Below, in pieces: positions 15,930-24,227 of a DNA stretch of 34,535 nucleotides (its first letter is position 1; each line of letters starts with the position of its first letter). Made by a program: the position numbers and the translations under genes. Where the stretch lies: positions 1-34,535 of the forward strand of contig RFFQ01000135.1 of the NCBI GenBank assembly GCA_003697105.1, given 5' to 3'. The notes under the pieces were generated by a model, which saw only the letters and a list, made by a program, of their open reading frames with translations, ran no database searches and was not told the DNA's origin. Source of the DNA: Gemmatimonadota bacterium (GTDB lineage Bacteria > 4572-55 > J002).

Positions 15930-17840
15930 ATGCGCTTAATTAAAATCGGAATTGGGTGTGTCAATTCTAAAGTAGGTGCTTTTCGGGAAAATACCCGCGC
16001 TTGTATCGATCTCATTGAGCGTGCTCAGCGGGAAAATGTCTCCGTATTAGTCTTGCCAGAGTTGGCACTTTGTGGTTATAACCCGGATGATCTGAGCTTG
16101 TGGGTCGATTTTGTGGATGCCAACTGGGATGCGGTACACCAACTGGTTCCCCACACGGAAGGTATGTTTGTATCTGTGGGGTTGCTTATCAATTTTGAAA
16201 ATAAGACCTACAACGCGGCAGCGGCTATCCATGATCGGAAGTTGATCGGGGTTGTGCTTAAAGAACAACTGCCCAACTACGATGTGTTTTATGAGGGACG
16301 AACCCTCGCCCGTGGATTTGAGAATTTCCGGATTGATTTGAATGGCGTTCCTGCGGGTGACCTGATCTTCCACACGGATTGCGGGGATATTGCACTGGAA
16401 ATTTGCGAAGACCTCTGGACACCCGATGGACCAAGCAAACGCCGGGCGTATGCCGGAGCAGAACTCATCTTGAACTCTTCGGCATCACCCTTCCGGGTGG
16501 GTGTAAAAGCGATCCGGGAGCACATGCTGGCCACACGTTCCGCCGATCATGAGTGTATTTATGTCTATAGCAGTTTAGTGGGCGGTAATGACCGGTTGGT
16601 GTTTGATGGTGGGGGGTTTGTCTATCAAAATGGAAGACAGGTTTTGGATGCTCCCCGTTTTGAAGAAGGGCTGTTTTGTGCCACCGTTGATGTGGGGCAC
16701 ACGATGCGTATCCGGCGGGAAAATACCACCTGGCGGAATAATGTGGAACGGTTTTATCGCTCCACACAGATGCCACACGTCATCACCTCCCCCGGAAAAA
16801 CCACCGGCCGGGAAAAGTTGATCTACCCGTTACCCTCATCCAAGAATTTTTTCTTGCCGGATTTAGAACCGCTTTCTCACAAAACGGCGGAACAACGGGT
16901 TTATGAAGAATTGCTCAATGCACTTATTTTGGGCACTAAAGATTATTTTGAAAAGACCGGTGCTTTCAAAAAATTTGTGGTGGCGCTCAGTGGCGGCAAG
17001 GATAGCGCGTTATGTGCGTTTATTGCCCAACAGGCAATCCGTTGGCGCTATCCGGATTTAGATGAGGCGGCACTCCGGGAAAAAATACGAACCGAACTGA
17101 CCTGTTTTTATCTGCCTACTACCGCGTTCTCTACCAAAAGTACGGAGAATGCCGCGGCGCAATTAGCCGCAGAACTGGGGGCAACTTTTAAAATTGTTTC
17201 CATCCAAGATGAATTTGAAATTGCCCTGAAAAAACAAGAAGAAATGTTGCTGGATGGTGAAAATATCAGCGACCTCTCTCGCCAAAACACACAAGCCCGG
17301 ATCCGTGGTTCCTGGATGTGGAATTACTCCAATTCCACCGGCGCGATGATCCTCATCACCAGCAATATGAGTGAAGGCGCTGTTGGGTACACCACACTGG
17401 GTGGGGATGAAGAAGGGTGTTTTGCTCCGTTGCTTAACGTCCCCAAAACGATGATCATCAAATTACTGGATTATGCGGCAGAAACTTACCACCTGCCGGC
17501 TTTGCGATCCGTCAACGAATTGCCTCCATCGGCAGAACTCGCGGCAGACCAAACGGATGAGGTGGATTTGATGCCTTATGACATTCTCGATGTCATTTTA
17601 TACCTTTTTGGGGAAGAAAAGCTCGATGCGGAAGAAATTTTACAGGTGCTGATTCAACACTTCCCAGAAATACCTGCCGCTACCCTAAAACAGTACGTAG
17701 ATAAATTTATCAAACTGTTCTTCCAAAATCAGTACAAACGAGAACAATTCGCGTTAGGTATCAAGCTTTACGGGTTGGATTTGGAACCGAAAACCGGTTT
17801 TCGTTTTCCGGTCGTGCAGTCTAGTGAGTGGGCACGTTAA
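15930..17840 (+). CDS. nadE: Glutamine-dependent NAD+ synthetase
   Basis: Nitrilase-type glutaminase domain (PEL, KEQLPNYDVFYE, ICEDLW triad) fused to a synthetase domain (SGGKDS, QNTQARIRG, NMSEGAVGY.T..GD, PSAEL, QYKR); GGAG RBS. Confidence 0.96.
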   Translation: MRLIKIGIGCVNSKVGAFRENTRACIDLIERAQRENVSVLVLPELALCGYNPDDLSLWVDFVDANWDAVHQLVPHTEGMFVSVGLLINFENKTYNAAAAIHDRKLIGVVLKEQLPNYDVFYEGRTLARGFENFRIDLNGVPAGDLIFHTDCGDIALEICEDLWTPDGPSKRRAYAGAELILNSSASPFRVGVKAIREHMLATRSADHECIYVYSSLVGGNDRLVFDGGGFVYQNGRQVLDAPRFEEGLFCATVDVGHTMRIRRENTTWRNNVERFYRSTQMPHVITSPGKTTGREKLIYPLPSSKNFFLPDLEPLSHKTAEQRVYEELLNALILGTKDYFEKTGAFKKFVVALSGGKDSALCAFIAQQAIRWRYPDLDEAALREKIRTELTCFYLPTTAFSTKSTENAAAQLAAELGATFKIVSIQDEFEIALKKQEEMLLDGENISDLSRQNTQARIRGSWMWNYSNSTGAMILITSNMSEGAVGYTTLGGDEEGCFAPLLNVPKTMIIKLLDYAAETYHLPALRSVNELPPSAELAADQTDEVDLMPYDILDVILYLFGEEKLDAEEILQVLIQHFPEIPAATLKQYVDKFIKLFFQNQYKREQFALGIKLYGLDLEPKTGFRFPVVQSSEWAR

Positions 17841-18062
17841 GCGGTATAATACTTGTGGGTAGTCCTGCTGAAGTAGTGATTTGTTTAAGAGTTTAGTTTT
17901 CTTAGACATAATTTTATTATAATGGTGAATGAAATACCGGGTAGCCCCGGTATGATGCTCTAATTTCTTGGAAAAGGCTAGTGTTTTCCTCCCAGCGGAC
18001 AAGACCTCATAATTCCTCTTATCGAACTGCCCTCCCCCTGATGGCGCACCATCGCTGTTATA

Positions 18063-18096
18063 AAAAAGGCGCTTCCAGTGGGAGGAGCGCCTTTTT
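18063..18096. terminator. Bidirectional intrinsic terminator
   Basis: AAAAAGGCGCT...AGCGCCTTTTT with A and T tracts on both sides, between convergent transcription units. Confidence 0.8.
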
Positions 18097-18127
18097 GAAT
18101 AGAGCCGGATGAAATCCCCCGGATATG

Positions 18128-18427
18128 CTATTCCGAACCCGGATTATTATCAAACCAGACCACTTTTAGGTTGGGCATTTGTTCCAGCAGGTAGGGGCGA
18201 CGTTGAAATTGATTGCTACCTAAATTTAACTCCTGCAAATGAACCAGTTCTTTTATCTCTTTGGGTAACGTGCGGAGTCGATTGCGGCGTAAATTCAGAA
18301 TTTCCAGATGTGTCAATTCGCCAATTTCGGGGGGTAACTCTGTGATCCCGCGGTCAGATAAATCCAATTCGGTGAGTCGATGTTCTTTAGCATATTGGAT
18401 AATGTTTAGCAACTCTTCCCGTGTCAT
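18128..18427 (-). CDS. Small stand-alone leucine-rich-repeat protein (99 aa)
   Basis: LTELDLSDRGITELPPEIGELTHLEILNLRRNRLRTLPKEIKELVHLQELNLGSNQF shows 23-aa LRR periodicity; N-cap MTREELLNII; ends DNNP; GGAGAGCAGG upstream. Confidence 0.85.
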   Translation of the reverse strand: MTREELLNIIQYAKEHRLTELDLSDRGITELPPEIGELTHLEILNLRRNRLRTLPKEIKELVHLQELNLGSNQFQRRPYLLEQMPNLKVVWFDNNPGSE

Positions 18428-18442
18428 AATCCTGCTCTCCGG

Positions 18443-19261
18443 TTAATACGAGGTCAACGCGGCTTTGCGTTTTTGTGCTTTTTCGGGGTTTGTGAGATTC
18501 CAATTGTACTGGTACACGGCACCTTCCCACGCACCGTACATTGGATTGGGCAGAACGATAAAACGCTGACCGAATTCATCTTTGAGCTGATCAACCGCCG
18601 CGGCACGGTCTGCCGTTGATTTTCCTTCAAACACTTCCGCTAAATCATTCAGATTATCACCCATCAGAAGAACAATTTCATGAGTTTCTGCAATTTTCTG
18701 CCGGCGGGGTTCTTTACTGGACTCATCTGCTCGCAAATAAAGATGATCGGTGGTTTCGACTTGTGGAAAACCTTTCGCTTTTAGATTTTTCCAGGTGCCA
18801 TCCATCAGAAAATCCTTGCGATTGGTGATATAAAATACATCCACGCCATTATCCACCGCATAATTGAGGAACTCCACCGCGCCGGGTACAGGCTCCGCCT
18901 GTGCCAGATTGCACCAGTCATCCCAACCCACCGGATATCCTTCGTAAATCTCAATCGCTTTTGCCTGAAACGGGCTGTTATCCAGTACGGTTTCGTCCAC
19001 ATCAACGACCACCGCTAATTTCTCACCGGAAGTTCGTTCGGCTAACCGCTGATCCAACTGCCATCTGGCGATGTTAAATGCCTGATAATACAAAGCACGG
19101 GCTTCCGCAGAGGCTTGGTACCAGAGGGTGCTCATTACGTTTTGCTCGTAAATTAAGCCGTCGGGCGGTACCGTGGAACGCGGAGACATCTTGCCGGCAC
19201 AACCGCTGAACATCACCAAAATGGCGAACACATATCCAACATAATATAAGGGTCTAATCAT
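18443..19261 (-). CDS. 5'-nucleotidase lipoprotein, e(P4) family (class C acid phosphatase, HAD fold)
   Basis: Lipobox FSGC, WYQASAEARALYYQAFN, VVDVDETVLDNSP, YITNR, GDNLND, LPNPMYGAWE. Confidence 0.93.
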   Translation of the reverse strand: MIRPLYYVGYVFAILVMFSGCAGKMSPRSTVPPDGLIYEQNVMSTLWYQASAEARALYYQAFNIARWQLDQRLAERTSGEKLAVVVDVDETVLDNSPFQAKAIEIYEGYPVGWDDWCNLAQAEPVPGAVEFLNYAVDNGVDVFYITNRKDFLMDGTWKNLKAKGFPQVETTDHLYLRADESSKEPRRQKIAETHEIVLLMGDNLNDLAEVFEGKSTADRAAAVDQLKDEFGQRFIVLPNPMYGAWEGAVYQYNWNLTNPEKAQKRKAALTSY

Positions 19262-19320
19262 TTCTTGTCCTTATGTTAAGTGCTACAGGAATTTGAATAA
19301 AACGGATGAAATCGGCTTAA

Positions 19321-19349
19321 AAACTATGGTTTTCCAACCGGTCTGTCAA
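19321..19349 (-). promoter_or_regulatory. sigma70-type promoter for the e(P4)-LRR unit
   Basis: TTGACA (19349-19344), 17-nt spacer, TAGTTT (19326-19321). Confidence 0.6.
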
Positions 19350-19449
19350 CAAAAAACAACCTTGCCTAAGCAATGGTTTTACTATAAGTTGAGGGCTACT
19401 CATTTTTGCTTTTTGACCCTTAAACATTGAAGTTGGTACCCCCTAAGTT

Positions 19450-22212
19450 ATGGCAAATAAATCTCACTCGCACGATACCCCGATGCTACGCCAATTTTGG
19501 CGAATTAAAAATGACCATGAGGACGCCATTTTGTTCTTCCGCATGGGCGATTTTTACGAGACCTTTTTTGAGGATGCCAAAATAACCTCCCAAGTGCTGG
19601 GGATTGCGCTCACCTCGCGCGGAAAAGATAAAGAGGGGCGCGATATTCCCCTCGCGGGGATTCCCTACCATGCGCTCGATTCCTATCTGGCAAAGATGGT
19701 CAAAGCCGGCTATCGGGTTGCCATTTGCGAACAACTGGAAGACCCGAAAAAAGCGAAAAAGCTAATCAAACGGGGCGTTACAGAGATTGTCACCCCGGGA
19801 ACCACCACCTCCGAAACCATTTTAGAGGAAAAATCCAATAATTACTTGGCGTCAATCTTGGTGGATAAACAACTGACGGGCTTTGCCTTTGTTGACCTCT
19901 CCACCGGAGATTTTGCCGTGACAGAATTTACCACCGACCGGGACGCCCTGAAAGATGCCATCGAGCGCGTTCATCCCGCTGAAATCTTGCTCCCCCAAGA
20001 ATTTGATAGCGGTGACCTCTTCATCGAAACCCCCGGTATCGCCATCACCCGCCGTGAAAAATGGTTATTTGACGTGGAATATGGACGGCAAACCCTGCAA
20101 GACCATCTGAACGTGGTCTCTTTGGATGGCTTTGGCTGTGAGGATATGACCGCCGGGATTGGCGCTGCCGGTGCCTTGATGACGTATCTCCAAGAGACCC
20201 AAAAACGTACCTTACCCCATATCAACCGCATCCGAGCATACCGGACGAGCCAATTTTTGATTCTCGACCGGACAACACAGCGTAATTTGGAACTTATTCG
20301 ACCGATGCGCGCCGATCAGCGTACGGGCACCTTGGTTTCTGTTCTCGATGCAACGCTTACGCCCATGGGGGGACGCTTGTTGAAAAATTGGATTTTACAT
20401 CCCCTGATGGATGTTGCCGCTATTAAAAAGCGCCAACGTGCGGTACAAGAATTCGTTGAAGATACCTATTTCCTAAACGATGTCCGCGAAATCTTGAAAA
20501 ATATTGGGGACTTAGAACGGCTTTCCACAAAGATCGCCACGGGGCGGGCGAATGCACGAGACCTCATCATGCTGGCATCTGCTTTGGAACAACTCTCCCC
20601 TTTGCATTCGCTCTTGCGGGATCACCAGTTCCATAATCGCAGTGGTCTCTTTCGGGCAGTGGAAGTTCCCACCGCGAAGGATGCCCCACCCGACCCCTTA
20701 GGTGAGATGCCGCCCAAAGAAGCTACCCCGCCGCCGTTTGGTGCCGAGTATCTTCTTCAACTCACCCAACAATTGCAACCCTGTGATGACATCACCGCTC
20801 GTATTCGTTCCACAATTGTCGATAACCCCCCCTTGGTGTTGAATGAAGGCGGCTTGATTCAGGATGGTGTCCATCCGGAACTGGATGAACTCCGCCATAT
20901 TTCCCGTAGCGGCAAACAGTGGATTGCCGAATTGCAAACCCGAGAACAAGCCCGGACCGGCATCCCGAATCTAAAGGTTAAATTTAACGGTGTTTTTGGC
21001 TATTTTATTGAGGTCAGTAAAAGCCATTTGGCAAAAGTGCCGGAGAATTACGTCCGTAAGCAGACCCTCACCAACGGCGAGCGGTATATCATCCCGGAAT
21101 TGAAAGAATATGAGGAAAAAATACTCAATGCGGAAGACCGGATACGCGAAATTGAACGAGACTTGTTTAATGACGTACGGGATGCTACGGCGCAAGAGAC
21201 CCCGCGCATCCAAAATGTGGCTCGTGCGGTTGCCATTTTGGATGTCCTCGCCTGTTTGGCAGCAGTGGCGGTGCGCAATGATTACTGTTGCCCTGAGGTC
21301 AATGAGGGCGATACCATTCAAATTCAGGAGGGGCGCCATCCGGTGGTGGAAAAACTACTCATCGGGGAGGCATTTGTCCCCAATGACCTCAAAATCAGCA
21401 ACCGCAGCGATAAAATCCTAATTATCACAGGTCCCAATTTTTCTGGAAAGTCGGTGTATCTCCGGCAAACCGCCCTGATCTCCATCATGGCGCAAATGGG
21501 GTCTTATGTGCCGGCTCGTAAGGCAACTATCGGTCTGGTAGACCGGATTTTCACCCGCGTGGGTGCTTCTGATAATTTAGCCGCCGGACGATCTACATTT
21601 TTGGTGGAGATGCAGGAAACCGCCAATATTCTAAATAATGCCACGCCAAAGTCCCTGATTTTACTCGATGAAGTAGGGCGGGGTACGAGTACATTTGATG
21701 GACTCTCCATTGCGTGGGCAGTGACGGAATATTTGCACAATCACCCGCAGGTCGGGGCAAAAACCCTTTTTGCGACCCACTATCATGAACTCACTGAACT
21801 CGAATTAACCTTGCCGCATGTAAAAAATTACAATGTCAGTGTGCGCGAAGCCGGCGATCAAGTGATTTTTCTCCGCAAGATCATCAAGGGTGCGGCCAGC
21901 CAAAGTTACGGGATTCATGTGGCAGAGTTAGCCGGTTTGCCCAAAGCAGTGATCGAACGGGCAAAAGAAGTGCTGGCGAATCTGGAAAACGAAGCACTCA
22001 CGGCAGATAACACCCCTAAATTGGCAAAAAGCCGCAAAATGAAAAAACCGGCTCAACAAATGGGGTTGTTCTCCCTGCCAGAGGAAAGTGCCCCCTCGCC
22101 AACACATCCCGTTATTGAAGAATTACGCCGTATCGTTACGGATGGGATGACCCCCCTAGAAGCCTTGAATGTGCTCGATAAACTTGTCAAAAGGGTAAAA
22201 CATGAATACTAA
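19450..22212 (+). CDS. mutS: DNA mismatch repair protein MutS (MutS1)
   Basis: TPMLRQF, FFRMGDFYETF mismatch-binding motif, GRHPVVE, TGPNFSGKS Walker A, LDEVGRGTST, FATHYHEL, SYGIHVAELAGLP, C-terminal QMGLF clamp-binding-like motif. Confidence 0.98.
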   Translation: MANKSHSHDTPMLRQFWRIKNDHEDAILFFRMGDFYETFFEDAKITSQVLGIALTSRGKDKEGRDIPLAGIPYHALDSYLAKMVKAGYRVAICEQLEDPKKAKKLIKRGVTEIVTPGTTTSETILEEKSNNYLASILVDKQLTGFAFVDLSTGDFAVTEFTTDRDALKDAIERVHPAEILLPQEFDSGDLFIETPGIAITRREKWLFDVEYGRQTLQDHLNVVSLDGFGCEDMTAGIGAAGALMTYLQETQKRTLPHINRIRAYRTSQFLILDRTTQRNLELIRPMRADQRTGTLVSVLDATLTPMGGRLLKNWILHPLMDVAAIKKRQRAVQEFVEDTYFLNDVREILKNIGDLERLSTKIATGRANARDLIMLASALEQLSPLHSLLRDHQFHNRSGLFRAVEVPTAKDAPPDPLGEMPPKEATPPPFGAEYLLQLTQQLQPCDDITARIRSTIVDNPPLVLNEGGLIQDGVHPELDELRHISRSGKQWIAELQTREQARTGIPNLKVKFNGVFGYFIEVSKSHLAKVPENYVRKQTLTNGERYIIPELKEYEEKILNAEDRIREIERDLFNDVRDATAQETPRIQNVARAVAILDVLACLAAVAVRNDYCCPEVNEGDTIQIQEGRHPVVEKLLIGEAFVPNDLKISNRSDKILIITGPNFSGKSVYLRQTALISIMAQMGSYVPARKATIGLVDRIFTRVGASDNLAAGRSTFLVEMQETANILNNATPKSLILLDEVGRGTSTFDGLSIAWAVTEYLHNHPQVGAKTLFATHYHELTELELTLPHVKNYNVSVREAGDQVIFLRKIIKGAASQSYGIHVAELAGLPKAVIERAKEVLANLENEALTADNTPKLAKSRKMKKPAQQMGLFSLPEESAPSPTHPVIEELRRIVTDGMTPLEALNVLDKLVKRVKHEY

Positions 22213-24163
22213 GGTTTGCGATCTAGAAGCTCAACTCGCTTTGGCAAATGGCGCCCAGCGGATCAACTTGCTGAACGAACTCGGTCATGAACTCCGCTTT
22301 ACAGACCCTGCACGGGCACTTTCCTTAGCGGAAAAGGCGGCTCAATTGGCAGAAAAAACATCCGATCTGGCGGGAAAAGCACACAGTTTGCGTTTACAGG
22401 GGTGGTGCCATTACCAACTTGGCGAGTTGAAGAAGGCGTTGGCGTTTAGCCAACAGGCGTTAGCACTTGCTATCGAGCTAAATGACAAAAAATTGCAATC
22501 TAAAGCGCTTAACACCATCGGGGTCGTTCATAAGTCGCAGGGGCAATACCCGCAAGCACTGGAAAACTATCACCGTTGCTTGGATTTACAACGGGAAATC
22601 GACGATCTGCAGGGGATTGCCAACTCCCTCAATAATATTGCGTTGACCTACTTTACGCTCGGAGATTATCCGCAAGCATTGGACTATCTCCAACAAAGTT
22701 TGTCACTCTACCAACAGATTCAAGACCCTTCGGGTGAAGCACGGGCTTTGATGAATCTTGGCACTGTTTACGGCGAATTAGAGATGTATGATAAAGCACG
22801 AGAGTCTTTTCAGAAAAATCTTGAATTTCGGCGTTCTCATTTAAATGACCGCCGGGGGGAGGGCTTGGCGCTACATAATTTGGGGATTATTTGTTCTGAA
22901 TTACAGGAGTATGACCAGGCACTGGATTATTACCGCCAAAGTATTGAAATATCACAAGTTATCGGCGATACCTTTCTGGAAGCGGTTTCTCGCCATAACA
23001 TGGGAAACACCTTGCGTGACTTGCGCCGGTTTGATGAAGCATTAGAAGCGCACCAGCACAGCTTAAATCTACGGCAGCAGATGGGGGACCTGGATGGATT
23101 AAGCTATAGCCTGCAAAATCTGGGGGAATTATATGGCAATCCTGAGGTTGAATTTTATGACCCGGTTACGGCGCTGGATTATCTCTATCAGGCACTTGCT
23201 ATTGCTCAGGAGCAAGGGTCATTGTCACGTCAGTGCGAAGTTCATCTTGTCTTTTCAACGGTTTACCAACATGTTGGGGACATCGACCATGCCTTTGAGC
23301 ATCACCAAAAATATCACCAGCTTTGGGTGCAGTTGCATAATGAGAAAAGTACTCAGGCGCTTGCCAATTTACAGGCGGTACATCAAACGGAGCAAGCAAA
23401 GAAAGAAGCTGAAATTTACCGGCTCCGCAACGTGGAATTAGCCCAACTGGTGGAGCAATTGCGCGAGTTAGTCCACGAAAAAACCGAAATTATGGGCATT
23501 GTATCCCATGATCTCAAAAATCCACTGGCGGCGATTATGGGATTAATCGATATGCTGTTGCGAGATGATTTTCAATTGTCTGCCGAAAAAGAACGTGAAT
23601 GTAAACAGAATATCAAAAAAATTAGTAAACGGATGTTGGAAATGATTGTTCAACTCCTCGACGCCAATCAGCTTGATACGGGACAGATGGAATTAACCCC
23701 CACGCCGTTCGATATTATCATGACGCTGCATATGAAGGTCGAAGAATTTCGTCTTAGGGCGGCGGAAAAGTCCATTGAACTGCAATTTTTGCCGGAGTGG
23801 GGGGGGGTTGAGGTCTATGCGGATGAAGCCGCTGTTGAACGGGTTCTTGATAATCTCATATCCAATGCGATCAAATATTCCCCGCCAGATACAACAGTGA
23901 CCGTTCAGGTAAAACCCGGAACGGATACGGTTTGTATCAGCGTACAGGATCAAGGACAAGGGCTTACGGAAGCAGACCAACAGAAACTTTTTGGTAAATT
24001 TCAGCGGCTTAGCGCCCAACCCACCGGTGGGGAACATTCCACGGGGTTAGGTTTGTCGATTGTCAAAAAGCTCGTGGAAGCCATGGGGGGTCAAGTTTGG
24101 GCGGAAAGCGCGGGCAAAGATCAAGGGAGTACCTTTTTTGTGGAGTTACCGGCGGCGAAATAA
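22202..24163 (+). CDS. TPR-repeat sensor histidine kinase, soluble
   Basis: Roughly 40-aa TPR-like repeats (ALNTIGVVH, SLNNIALTY, ALMNLGTVY, ALHNLGII), H-box VSHDLKNPL, N-box NLISNAIKYSP, DQGQG, F-box, GLGLSIVK; no TM helix; 11-nt overlap with mutS. Confidence 0.93.
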   Translation: MNTKVCDLEAQLALANGAQRINLLNELGHELRFTDPARALSLAEKAAQLAEKTSDLAGKAHSLRLQGWCHYQLGELKKALAFSQQALALAIELNDKKLQSKALNTIGVVHKSQGQYPQALENYHRCLDLQREIDDLQGIANSLNNIALTYFTLGDYPQALDYLQQSLSLYQQIQDPSGEARALMNLGTVYGELEMYDKARESFQKNLEFRRSHLNDRRGEGLALHNLGIICSELQEYDQALDYYRQSIEISQVIGDTFLEAVSRHNMGNTLRDLRRFDEALEAHQHSLNLRQQMGDLDGLSYSLQNLGELYGNPEVEFYDPVTALDYLYQALAIAQEQGSLSRQCEVHLVFSTVYQHVGDIDHAFEHHQKYHQLWVQLHNEKSTQALANLQAVHQTEQAKKEAEIYRLRNVELAQLVEQLRELVHEKTEIMGIVSHDLKNPLAAIMGLIDMLLRDDFQLSAEKERECKQNIKKISKRMLEMIVQLLDANQLDTGQMELTPTPFDIIMTLHMKVEEFRLRAAEKSIELQFLPEWGGVEVYADEAAVERVLDNLISNAIKYSPPDTTVTVQVKPGTDTVCISVQDQGQGLTEADQQKLFGKFQRLSAQPTGGEHSTGLGLSIVKKLVEAMGGQVWAESAGKDQGSTFFVELPAAK

Positions 24164-24227
24164 ATGCCGAGCTTTATATCGAAATCGATTCAATCAAACT
24201 TATTTCCTCTAACGATGAGCGTATATT

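Noticed and set aside
17754-18002. 82-aa minus-strand ORF downstream of the LRR gene
   Set aside because: Lies beyond the terminator, overlaps nadE antisense and has no recognisable motif.
18036-18058. Minus-strand AGCGATGGTGCGCC resembling the 5' end of a fluoride riboswitch
   Set aside because: The downstream GCUGAUGAC-type element is missing and no suitable gene follows.
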